DNA of 64,000 nucleotides, taken from assembly GCA_965204745.1 (NCBI GenBank), contig OZ242010.1, forward strand, positions 640,001 to 704,000, in the 5' to 3' direction. The notes beneath the pieces were generated by a model. The model made no database searches. It was not told the origin of the DNA and saw nothing but the letters and a program-made list of their open reading frames with translations. Both the position numbers and the translations under genes were made by a program. Origin of the DNA: Candidatus Latescibacterota bacterium. GTDB lineage: Bacteria > Latescibacterota > UBA2968. Every line of letters starts with the position of its first letter. The stretch's first letter is position 1. Positions 8,518 to 17,348 of this stretch are shown here, piece by piece.

Positions 8518-9222
8518 ATGAACAAAAGCCTCATCACAAATTTGATCGCTCTCGGCACGATTGGCGCGGGGTATGTCAGCCATTCGGATCACCTGCTCGC
8601 GGTTGGGCTATTTGCGACCTCGGGCGCGTTCACCAACTGGTTGGCCGTTCACATGCTGTTTGAAAAAGTGCCACTGCTCTACGGCTCGGGCGTTGTGCCC
8701 AACCGGTTTGAGGACTTCAAAACCGGGATTCACGCCTTGATCATGAACCAGTTTTTCACCTCTGAAAACATCGAAAAATTCCTCGCGGACCAAACCCGAG
8801 ACATCGCCGCCGCGTTCGATCCAGACCCGGTGCTCAACGCCATTGACTACGACCGCATCTTCAGCCGCTTGGTCGAAGCGGTCATGGCGTCTCCCTTCGG
8901 GGGCATGCTCAACATCCTCGGCGGCCCCAACGCACTGCACCCGCTCAAGGAATCCTTTATCAAAAAAATTCGCACGGAAATTCACCTCCTGCTCACCTCG
9001 CCCAAATTTCTCCACGCCATCCAAGAAGGGCTTGTCGGAGCGGCAATGGCAGACGATCTGATCGCCAAAGTGGATGCGATAGTCGTGCAACGTCTCGATG
9101 AATTGACGCCGGAAATGGTCAAGACCATCGTCCAAGCTATGATTCGCAAACACCTCGGTTGGCTGGTCGTCTGGGGCGGAGTCTTCGGCGGCCTCATCGG
9201 GTTGATGACCTCTTTTGTGTGA
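8518..9222 (+). CDS. DUF445 family membrane protein
   Basis: TNWLAVHMLF, GSGVVP and C-terminal HLGWLVVWGGVFGGLIG. Confidence 0.85.
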   Translation: MNKSLITNLIALGTIGAGYVSHSDHLLAVGLFATSGAFTNWLAVHMLFEKVPLLYGSGVVPNRFEDFKTGIHALIMNQFFTSENIEKFLADQTRDIAAAFDPDPVLNAIDYDRIFSRLVEAVMASPFGGMLNILGGPNALHPLKESFIKKIRTEIHLLLTSPKFLHAIQEGLVGAAMADDLIAKVDAIVVQRLDELTPEMVKTIVQAMIRKHLGWLVVWGGVFGGLIGLMTSFV

Positions 9223-9320
9223 ATGCGTGCCCGGCCCGCCTCCCTGCCCCTGCCCACCCTCACCCTGCCGTGTGCGTGAACGGCTATCGCAGTTGCACAC
9301 CGTTCCGTGTCCTTTGTGGA

Positions 9321-10895
9321 TTACATCCCCCATACCTCGATCTCAACGCCACTGTCAGACGCTCGGCGATCCCGAAATATCTTGTCCGGCCAACGCCGAT
9401 CCTCGCGGCGGTCAAAGATCACCAGATGACCCGCTTCTGCATCGCAACGATCCAGGTAGTCTGCGGTCTGTTCCAAACCCTCGGCGATAGTCCGTTCCAA
9501 GGTCCTGCGGAGCACTTTGCACTCGATCACGAATTTGCGCTCGCGCTCGCCCTGCGGCCAGACGATGAGCAGATCGGTACGCATGCGCCCCAAGCCATAC
9601 TCGCGTTCGATACGCCCACCGCTATTCATGATCCTTTGCAAAAACGCCTGTAACAGCAACTGGGGGCCGGCCTCTTGATACGCGAATCGCTTGACCCAAT
9701 GCTCGGAGTGTTCGCGGAAGAAGGTTTGGAACGCGGCCAGCAATTTGACCACATCCAAACTGCCATCGGCGTTGACGTACCAGACCGTTTCCTGATTGAA
9801 TTCCCCTTGGATCACCCACGTCAGTTCGCGGGGCACGACTTCTGCGTAGATCGGATTGGCGATGCGATACGGCTGATCTTGACCCACGAGCCCGAGATCC
9901 TGTACATACCCCAAATCGCGATCTGTGAAGTGGCGTTCCTCATCGCCGCCGCTCAAGATCGGTTCGACAATGCGCCGCACGCGCTCTTCTTGGAGTTTGT
10001 CGGCCAACTGATCGAGATGCGTTTCGCGGCGCAGGATGAGTTGCTCTTTCGCCTCGATGACAGCGGCGGCTGTGACAGGATCGCGTCGCTTCGAGGCCCC
10101 ATCTCGGAAGCAGGTTTGATCTGCCAAGGCGTTGACCAGCCACGGTTGCCCCTGCGTCTGATGCCAGATCGCGTCCAGTGCATCGGGGGTGAACGCCTGC
10201 CCCGTCTCCTCTGTATGCTGTGCGAGCAGTATCTGCACCTCGTCTTGTGAAAAATCCCCTAAGCGCAACGAGCGCGATTTAATATTAAACGCGCTACCAC
10301 CTGCAATGACCGCATTTGCAGAACCGGAATGGATGCGGTAATCGCGCACATCGCGTATTCCGCACAGCACTATGCTTTGCGGAAAATACTCTGGCCGTTG
10401 GTCGTAGCCAGCGCGCAACTGCCGCAACACAGAGAGGAGCGAATCGCCAATGAGCGCATCGATTTCGTCGATGAGCAACACCAGCGGTTTCGGGTCCGCA
10501 TTGGCCCATCGCATCAAAGCCACGCGCAACGCAGCCGCCGGCCCGCTCTTGGTCAAGATGTCGGGCCAAATCTCGTCCAGAAACTCATCGCCCATCAAAC
10601 TCGCCCGGAGTGCCAACTCGCCCAGAATGACGCGCATGACCTGTTCCACATCTTCGCGCATGGCCTGCCCGCCTTCGATATTGGCGTACACGCATCGGTA
10701 CGCGCCTTCGGCGTTGAGCAGGTCGCGTAAGGCCAGCAGAGCCGAGGTCTTGCCCGTCTGCCGAGGCGCGTGCAGGACAAAGTACTTTTCGTCTCGGATA
10801 AGGCCGAGCACATCGTCTAAATCCAAGCGTTCCAGCGGCGGAATGCAGTAGTGTTTTGCGGGCTTGATGGGCCCAGCAGTGCTGAAAAAACGCAT
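9321..10895 (-). CDS. AAA-family ATPase with C-terminal PD-(D/E)XK-like nuclease domain (copy 1)
   Basis: Walker A APRQTGKT, Walker B LLIDEID, C-terminal RTDLLI...VIECK...QTADY. Confidence 0.85.
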   Translation of the reverse strand: MRFFSTAGPIKPAKHYCIPPLERLDLDDVLGLIRDEKYFVLHAPRQTGKTSALLALRDLLNAEGAYRCVYANIEGGQAMREDVEQVMRVILGELALRASLMGDEFLDEIWPDILTKSGPAAALRVALMRWANADPKPLVLLIDEIDALIGDSLLSVLRQLRAGYDQRPEYFPQSIVLCGIRDVRDYRIHSGSANAVIAGGSAFNIKSRSLRLGDFSQDEVQILLAQHTEETGQAFTPDALDAIWHQTQGQPWLVNALADQTCFRDGASKRRDPVTAAAVIEAKEQLILRRETHLDQLADKLQEERVRRIVEPILSGGDEERHFTDRDLGYVQDLGLVGQDQPYRIANPIYAEVVPRELTWVIQGEFNQETVWYVNADGSLDVVKLLAAFQTFFREHSEHWVKRFAYQEAGPQLLLQAFLQRIMNSGGRIEREYGLGRMRTDLLIVWPQGERERKFVIECKVLRRTLERTIAEGLEQTADYLDRCDAEAGHLVIFDRREDRRWPDKIFRDRRASDSGVEIEVWGM

Positions 10896-10942
10896 GGTTC
10901 ATGTCTCCGTTCTATTGAGCACCCTTCCGTGTCCTTTGTGGA

Positions 10943-12520
10943 TTACATCCCCCATACCTCGATCTCAACGCCACTGCCAGACGCTCGGCGATCCCGAAAT
11001 ATCTTGTCCGACCAACGCCGATCCTCGCGGCGGTCAAAGATCACTAGATGACCCGCTTCTGCATCGCAACGATCCAGGTAGTCTGCGGTCTGTTCCAAAC
11101 CCTCGGCGATAGTCCGTTCCAAGGTCCTGCGGAGCACTTTGCACTCGATCACGAATTTGCGCTCGCGCTCGCCCTGCGGCCAGACGATGAGCAGATCGGT
11201 ACGCATGCGCCCCAAGCCATACTCGCGTTCGATACGCCCACCGCTATTCATGATCCTTTGCAAAAACGCTTGTAACAGCAACTGGGGGCCGGCCTCTTGA
11301 TATGCGAATCGCTTGACCCAATGCTCGGAGTGTTCGCGGAAGAAGGTTTGGAACGCGGCCAGCAATTTGACCACATCCAAACTGCCATCGGCGTTGACGT
11401 ACCAGACCGTTTCCTGATTGAATTCCTCTTGGATAACCCACGTCAGTTCGCGGGGCACGACTTCTGCGTAGATCGGGTTGGCGATGCGGATCGGACGATC
11501 TCGCGCCACGAGCCCGAGGTCGCGCACATATTCCAAATCGCGATCCGTGAAGTGGCGTTCCTCATCGCCGCCGCTCAAGATCGGTTCGACAATGCGCCGC
11601 ACGCGCTCTTCTTGGAGTTTGTCAGCCAACTGATCGAGATGCGTTTCGCGGCGCAGGATGAGTTGCTCTTTCGCCTCGATGACAGCGGTAGCAGTGACGG
11701 GATCGCTTCGATCCTCTGCCCCATCTCGGAAGCAGGTTTGATCTGCCAAGGCGTTGACCAGCCACGGTTGCCCCTGCGTCTGATGCCAGATCGCGTCCAG
11801 TGCATCGGGGGTGAACGCCTGCCCCGTCTCCTTTGTATGCTGTGCGAGCAGTGTCTGCACCTCGTCTTGTGAAAAATCCCCTAAGCGCAACGAGCGCGAT
11901 TTAATGTTAAACGCGCTACCACCTGCAATGACCGCATTTGCAGAACCGGAATGGATGCGGTAATCGCGCACATCGCGTATTCCGCACAGCACTATGCTTT
12001 GCGGAAAATACTCTGGCCGTTGGTCGTAACCAGCGCGCAACTGCCGCAACACAGAGAGGAGCGAATCGCCAATGAGCGCATCGATCTCGTCAATGAGTAG
12101 CACCAATGGTTTCGGGTCCGCATTGGCCCATCGCATCAAGGCCTCCTGCAAAGCCGCATCTGGTCCGACTTCGGTAAGGATATCTGACCAGACCTTGCCC
12201 AAAAATTCATCGCCCAAGGTCATGCGTGCCCGAGACGCCAATCCAGCTAGAATGGCGCGCATCACCCGTTCCACATCTTCGCGTGCGGCCTGCCCGGCTT
12301 CAACATTGACGTACACGCATCGGTACGCGCCTTCGGCGTTGAGCAGGTCGCGCAAGGCCAGCAGAGCCGAGGTCTTGCCCGTCTGCCGAGGCGCGTGCAG
12401 GACAAAATACTTTTCGTCTCGGATAAGGCCGAGCACATCGTCTAAATCCAAGCGTTCCAGCGGCGGAATGCAGTAGTGTTTTGCGGGCTTGATGGGCCCG
12501 GCAGTGTTGAAAAAACGCAT
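10943..12520 (-). CDS. AAA-family ATPase with C-terminal PD-(D/E)XK-like nuclease domain (copy 2)
   Basis: Same motifs; tandem duplicate of copy 1 with a period of about 1622 bp, including flanks. Confidence 0.85.
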   Translation of the reverse strand: MRFFNTAGPIKPAKHYCIPPLERLDLDDVLGLIRDEKYFVLHAPRQTGKTSALLALRDLLNAEGAYRCVYVNVEAGQAAREDVERVMRAILAGLASRARMTLGDEFLGKVWSDILTEVGPDAALQEALMRWANADPKPLVLLIDEIDALIGDSLLSVLRQLRAGYDQRPEYFPQSIVLCGIRDVRDYRIHSGSANAVIAGGSAFNIKSRSLRLGDFSQDEVQTLLAQHTKETGQAFTPDALDAIWHQTQGQPWLVNALADQTCFRDGAEDRSDPVTATAVIEAKEQLILRRETHLDQLADKLQEERVRRIVEPILSGGDEERHFTDRDLEYVRDLGLVARDRPIRIANPIYAEVVPRELTWVIQEEFNQETVWYVNADGSLDVVKLLAAFQTFFREHSEHWVKRFAYQEAGPQLLLQAFLQRIMNSGGRIEREYGLGRMRTDLLIVWPQGERERKFVIECKVLRRTLERTIAEGLEQTADYLDRCDAEAGHLVIFDRREDRRWSDKIFRDRRASGSGVEIEVWGM

Positions 12521-12800
12521 GGTTCATGTCTCCGTTCCATTGAGTACGAACACGGGAAAGCAGGGAGATGGCAGATAGCAGAAGTGAGCCAGTCCCCACC
12601 CCCGCGATCTGGGCTCCGGCTTTGGCTACGCCTGTGCTTGCGCGTGCGTGACGAATAGCAGTAGGGCGAAGGCGGGGACTGACAACTGATGCCAATTTGA
12701 TTTTTAGAGATCTTGGCGTTGGGCGGCCTTCTCACTTCTTGTATCTTTGGGCGAGCGAGCACGGGGACATCGCCTTTGGTGGCTAAACTTCCCGCTCTCC

Positions 12801-13439
12801 TCACCACTTCTCTATAAACTCCTCCACCTCGCCGAGGGCCTCTTTCTTTTTTTTGGCCCAGGCGCGCAACTCGGCGTTGTCTTCTCGATCTGCCCATTGC
12901 GTCACAAAGGTCAACAAGCGCGCGGCGTGGGGGCGGTTCAGTTCGGTCAAGACCCCGTAGGCCCTCTTCATGTCGTCCACGCGCCCGAGCATCACATGGG
13001 CTTCGGCGCGGTATTCGATGGCTTCGGCGTAATTTGGGTTCAACGCCAATGCGCGGTCATAAGCCGCGAGCGCGCCGTCCATATCGCCGGTCTTCCGCAG
13101 GATGTAGCCCAAGCTGCTAAACGCCTGATAATGCGTGGAATCCAGCGCGGTCGCCTTGCGGAACTCGTCCAATGCGCGCCGGTAAGTGGTCTGGATGAAC
13201 CGCGCGTACGACTCGCGCTCTTCGCCCTGTGTGCCCGCCATTTTCTCCTCATACACCCACGCCGCGTCCCGGTGGCGCAGGCCCTCTCGATAGTGGCGGA
13301 GCGCGGCCTCGTTTTCACTTGTTTTGGATTTGCGCGGTGCGGGCCCGCCCGGCGCGGCAATTCCGTTGCTGCTCACCATCAACATCAAAATCAATGCATG
13401 TGCTGACAGGGCGTAAGTCAACCTCCAGAACTTCTTCAT
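12801..13439 (-). CDS. Exported TPR-repeat protein
   Basis: Signal-peptide-like N-terminus; TPR pattern AFSSLGYILRKTGDMDGALAAYDRALALNPNY. Confidence 0.85.
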   Translation of the reverse strand: MKKFWRLTYALSAHALILMLMVSSNGIAAPGGPAPRKSKTSENEAALRHYREGLRHRDAAWVYEEKMAGTQGEERESYARFIQTTYRRALDEFRKATALDSTHYQAFSSLGYILRKTGDMDGALAAYDRALALNPNYAEAIEYRAEAHVMLGRVDDMKRAYGVLTELNRPHAARLLTFVTQWADREDNAELRAWAKKKKEALGEVEEFIEKW

Positions 13440-14617
13440 GACAAAACCTCCTTTGCTGATTCCCGAATGGCGGTTGCGATTTCATCGACCTTTTCCCGGT
13501 CGTTGTCCGGGTGCATGCCGATGAGCACGGCGCGGCTCAAAATATCCAGCGATTTGGCGCACATATCCTCTGAATACGCGATTTGCAACGCCTCGTTTTC
13601 CGGCAGGCGAAACGGATCGAGCGCGGGATGGTGCGCGCCTTGTTTTCGCATGATGGGATCCCAGCGCGTATAGACGTGTCGCCCGGTGTCGATGGGCAAA
13701 AAAGCGCGGCTGGTCGATGTCTTTATCCGCCCGGCAAAAGCGCGGGCGCGTTCTTCTGATTGAAAAATAAACCCGCCATGCGTGCCGCATTCGTGGTCCA
13801 AACTGTTGTTGCTGATCGACGTCAACCCCGCGTCTTCGCCCACCTTTGTCAGCACGCGCTTGTGCCCGCGCATTCGATCCAACATTTCGTCGATGCGCTC
13901 GAGTTGGGCATTGAGAATCGCGCCCGAAATTTCCGTGGCCCGAAAATTCAGCCCGGCGAATTGCTCGGCCGGGCGATGCTCGTCCGGATTCCAATAATAC
14001 GAACAGCAATCCGCAACGACTGACCCGCGCCGGAACACAGCCGCATCCGCCGAGACAAACGCGCCGCCCTCGCCGCTGGTCATATTTTTGAAATAATTAA
14101 AACTGAACGCACCCGCGTGCCCGATAGACCCAAGTGCGCGGCCCTTGTACCCGCCGCCAACGGCTTGACACGCATCTTCCAAAACCTTGACCCCGCGTTC
14201 TTTTGCAATGTCCATCAGCGCGTCCATGTCGCAGGGCAAGCCCCACATGTGGACGGGGATGATGGCCTTGGTGTGCGGGGCAATTTTTTGCGCCACATCT
14301 TCGGGAGACAGGGTGATCGATTCATCCACCTCCGCGACGATGGGCATGGCGCCTGCGGCGACAACCGCGAGCGCGGTCGCCATGTACGTACACGCGGGCA
14401 CGATGACCGAATCCCCCGGCCCGACCTTGAGGCCGACGAGGGCGCAGTAAAGCGAGGCCGTGCCACTCGTGGTCATTCGCACTTGCAGGCCGCCCAATCG
14501 CTTGCCCCAATCCGCTTCAAATTGATCGCATTCCCCGGCCTTGCCATAGCGAAAAATCTCGCCGCTTTCCAACAGGGCCGCCACGCGCTTAATTTCGGGT
14601 TGTCCAATTCGATACAC
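13436..14617 (-). CDS. DegT/DnrJ/EryC1/StrS PLP-dependent aminotransferase
   Basis: SGTASL, VLEDACQA, FSFNYFKNMTSGEGG; GTG start at 14617 after GGAGG. Confidence 0.93.
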   Translation of the reverse strand: MYRIGQPEIKRVAALLESGEIFRYGKAGECDQFEADWGKRLGGLQVRMTTSGTASLYCALVGLKVGPGDSVIVPACTYMATALAVVAAGAMPIVAEVDESITLSPEDVAQKIAPHTKAIIPVHMWGLPCDMDALMDIAKERGVKVLEDACQAVGGGYKGRALGSIGHAGAFSFNYFKNMTSGEGGAFVSADAAVFRRGSVVADCCSYYWNPDEHRPAEQFAGLNFRATEISGAILNAQLERIDEMLDRMRGHKRVLTKVGEDAGLTSISNNSLDHECGTHGGFIFQSEERARAFAGRIKTSTSRAFLPIDTGRHVYTRWDPIMRKQGAHHPALDPFRLPENEALQIAYSEDMCAKSLDILSRAVLIGMHPDNDREKVDEIATAIRESAKEVLS

Positions 14618-14694
14618 AAAAGCCTCCAAAATTCGGTATAAGGACAGGCACGGGGGCCTGTCCCTATGGGTGATGGTGTAAAAGATCACTGCTC

Positions 14695-14770
14695 GCCTTT
14701 GAACTGGCTATCGCCAGTTGTACCCCGCTCGTGCCTTTGAACTGGCTATCGCCAGTTGTACCCCGCTCGT
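14695..14770. repeat. Tandem 38-bp REP-like unit (x2) with an AACTGGC-TATC-GCCAGTT hairpin; related copies at about 1530-1580, 9277-9320, 45612-45690 and 46545-46690 (reverse)
   Basis: GCCTTTGAACTGGCTATCGCCAGTTGTACCCCGCTCGT repeated exactly twice. Confidence 0.85.
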
Positions 14771-14814
14771 GCCTTTTGTGGCTAATTAGGGGGTTGGGCG
14801 GGGCGGCCTGACCA

Positions 14815-15579
14815 CTACCCAAAAACCCGAGTGAATGTCTTGCCGCGCAAAGAGCGCGTGGCGCCGTGTATGTAACAAACGCTGAATGCGCGCCGCGCAA
14901 TATCCGTCTCATTGACCCCGGAACTGTGCAACATCCAGTTGTGCAGCAAAACCGAGTCGCCCGCTTCCAAAATGAGATCCACCGGCGCGTACTGCGAGAC
15001 AATCGTTTCGATATGCTCGTCGGTCAAAAACCCGGATCCATGGTCCGGATTGATCAATTTGCTGTGCGAACCGGGGATGATTTTCACGCATCCATTTTCG
15101 ACCGACGTGGGATCCAGCGCGGTCCAAATGGTGATTTGCGGGTCCATGGTCAAATCCGTCCACCGGTCCTGATGCCACACCAGCGGCGTGCCCTCGCGTG
15201 CGGGCTTGTTCATGAACATCGCCCGAAAGCAGGCCACAGGCGTGCCTTTGCCGTACACATGCTCGCAAATTTTTCGAAACAAGGGCTTTTGCAAAAATGC
15301 GCGAAACCGGTCGTCCCATTCCAAGTCCTGAATTTTGCGATACGCCAGCGTGGGGATTTTGTGCCCCTTGCTCTGCGGGCCGGGCCGTCCTCCGTGCGCG
15401 GGATCGGAATCCAGTTGCATCATCACGCGGTCGTAGTCGATAGACGCCGTGCCCATCATGATCTCGTCGATCCGCTCCTGCAATGCCTCCAACTCGCCAT
15501 CGTCCATCACATTGCCCAAGTGGAGATACCCCTGCGCGTCAAACGCCTCCCACTCGGTTTCGGAAATATACGCGCTCAT
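14815..15579 (-). CDS. Phytanoyl-CoA dioxygenase (PhyH) family 2OG-Fe(II) oxygenase
   Basis: WHQD motif, IWTALD, ENGCVKIIPGSH, distal His in LHSS...N...RRA. Confidence 0.92.
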   Translation of the reverse strand: MSAYISETEWEAFDAQGYLHLGNVMDDGELEALQERIDEIMMGTASIDYDRVMMQLDSDPAHGGRPGPQSKGHKIPTLAYRKIQDLEWDDRFRAFLQKPLFRKICEHVYGKGTPVACFRAMFMNKPAREGTPLVWHQDRWTDLTMDPQITIWTALDPTSVENGCVKIIPGSHSKLINPDHGSGFLTDEHIETIVSQYAPVDLILEAGDSVLLHNWMLHSSGVNETDIARRAFSVCYIHGATRSLRGKTFTRVFG

Positions 15580-15614
15580 TTTGATGCCTCCTTTGTATGA
15601 GAGATAGCCCACAG

Positions 15615-15735
15615 CCCTCGCGCCACGCCATCAGAACAGCCTAAGCCATCAAGGGTGCTTTACTCCCCTTTCCTCGTAGGCACAGGCGTAGCCTACAATG
15701 AGCGAAGCGAATAACGGGGCCGGGGGATAGGTCCC
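15615..15735. repeat. Internal fragment of the MITE/REP cassette without TIRs
   Basis: Matches in reverse the CCATCAGAGCAACC..AAGCCATCAA unit and the CCCCTTTCCT..GGGG hairpin of 1663-1805. Confidence 0.75.
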
Positions 15736-15845
15736 AACACAATCGCTCAAAATCAAGACAAAATAGAACAGTTTCGCCTTTTGCACAATACTTTGAATGG
15801 CTTGGCTGTGGAACTCTAAATAGGCTCAAGTGTCTCAAAATCAAA

Positions 15846-15874
15846 TTGACAGCACGCACAGGCAAGCGTACCAT
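15846..15874 (+). promoter_or_regulatory. Putative sigma70 promoter
   Basis: TTGACA-17 nt-TACCAT upstream of the 15910 start. Confidence 0.6.
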
Positions 15875-15909
15875 AACCCGCAACTGGGATCACACCACGG
15901 GAAACCGCA

Positions 15910-17235
15910 ATGAAAAAATATACGGCGACAGCGTTATGTCTCGCACTGCTTTTGGCAACGGCCTTTCTCGCGGCGCAAGAGACGGACCCCGCGGACTTCA
16001 ATGGCGATGGCGCGGTCGATTTCAGCGACTTTCTCCTCTTTGCACAGGGGTATGGCAAGTCCGCAGGGCAGGCCGATTTCAACGCCAAACTCGACCTCGA
16101 CGGCGATGGCACAATCGACTTTGACGACTTTCTCCGCTTTGTCACTGCTTTTGGCGGATCGTCTGGCATGACCGACCCACCGCCCGATGACGGGCCGCTG
16201 TTGCTCTACATCGCGGATTTGCTCGGCAACAAGGTTGAAGTACTCAACACGGAGACCAACCTCCTCGATCCCGGCCGAAGGCTCCTCGTCGAGCAACCCC
16301 GCGGCATCGCTGTTTCCAAGACCAACGAGCAAATTTACGTGGCGGCTATCGACACCTTCCACGCCTTTGACGAAGATGGATCGCCCGCGTTTCAACTTTC
16401 GCTCCAAATCCCGGCCGCGCCCGGCGTCATCAGTCGGGGCGGGTATCGCGTGGTGCTTTCGCCCGATCATCAATTTGCGTACCTCACCGAAGAAGCTGGC
16501 GCGGCAGTCGAAGTCATCGACGTGCTCGCGGGTCAGTCTATCGCCCGCATCGACATGCCGCCCGACCCGCGTGGCATCGTCATTTCGCCCGATGGCGCGA
16601 GGCTCTACGTCGGGCATGGCGATGGCGCGGACGCGATCTCTGTGATCGACACGGGCATCCCCGCGCTGATCGACAGCATCGCGGTGGGGCAAGCGGTCAA
16701 TCGGCTAGCCCTCTCGCCAGACGGGCAAACCCTGTATCTCAACAGCCAGTACACGGGCCGATTGCTCAAAGTCGATACCCGCACCCAAGCGATTGCCGAC
16801 AGCCTCTCGCTCGGGCAAGCGACCGACTTGGGCGTCCAAATCCGCGATGTCGCGCTTTCCGCGGATGGCACGCGCCTCGCCGCTTCCCTCAGCCGCACGT
16901 TATTGGGCTTTGATGCCTTGGGCAATCCCACGCCTGTTCTTTGGGGCGGCATTGCGGTTGTCGATACGCGCACTTGGACGCAAACCGCCGAAATTTTTCT
17001 CGGCGTGCTCGTGGCAAATATCGGCATGGCCCCCGACGGCAAAACCCTGTACGTCGCTGGTTTGGAAAACTTCGGCAACGCGGGTATTGGCAATTTGCAA
17101 ATTTTCATCGTCGATCTCGAGAACGAGGCTGCGCTGGGCACGATTCGCGGCCTTTCGGTGCCCGTGGCCTTTTCATTCAACGCATCCAAACCCGCGGTGC
17201 CCGTTTTTCGCGGCCCTGAGCTCATCGTTTTTTGA
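15910..17235 (+). CDS. Exported protein: dockerin/EF-hand-like pair plus YncE/YVTN-type beta-propeller
   Basis: Signal peptide; DFNGDGAVDFSDF and DLDGDGTIDFDDF; repeated SPDG..LYV blades. Confidence 0.85.
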   Translation: MKKYTATALCLALLLATAFLAAQETDPADFNGDGAVDFSDFLLFAQGYGKSAGQADFNAKLDLDGDGTIDFDDFLRFVTAFGGSSGMTDPPPDDGPLLLYIADLLGNKVEVLNTETNLLDPGRRLLVEQPRGIAVSKTNEQIYVAAIDTFHAFDEDGSPAFQLSLQIPAAPGVISRGGYRVVLSPDHQFAYLTEEAGAAVEVIDVLAGQSIARIDMPPDPRGIVISPDGARLYVGHGDGADAISVIDTGIPALIDSIAVGQAVNRLALSPDGQTLYLNSQYTGRLLKVDTRTQAIADSLSLGQATDLGVQIRDVALSADGTRLAASLSRTLLGFDALGNPTPVLWGGIAVVDTRTWTQTAEIFLGVLVANIGMAPDGKTLYVAGLENFGNAGIGNLQIFIVDLENEAALGTIRGLSVPVAFSFNASKPAVPVFRGPELIVF

Positions 17236-17250
17236 GGCGGTTGTCAGTAC

Positions 17251-17279
17251 TTGACAGGCGGTTGACCACGCCCTATATT
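17251..17279 (+). promoter_or_regulatory. Putative sigma70 promoter
   Basis: TTGACA-17 nt-TATATT upstream of the TPR gene. Confidence 0.6.
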
Positions 17280-17348
17280 GACAACCGCATTCGAGATTTT
17301 TTCACCTGCTACCGGACGCGCCGGTTGCGCCGAGAAAGGACGATTCCC

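Noticed and set aside
9321-12520. Diversity-generating retroelement template/variable pair
   Set aside because: Whole-gene duplication, substitutions not restricted to adenines, and no reverse transcriptase in the window.
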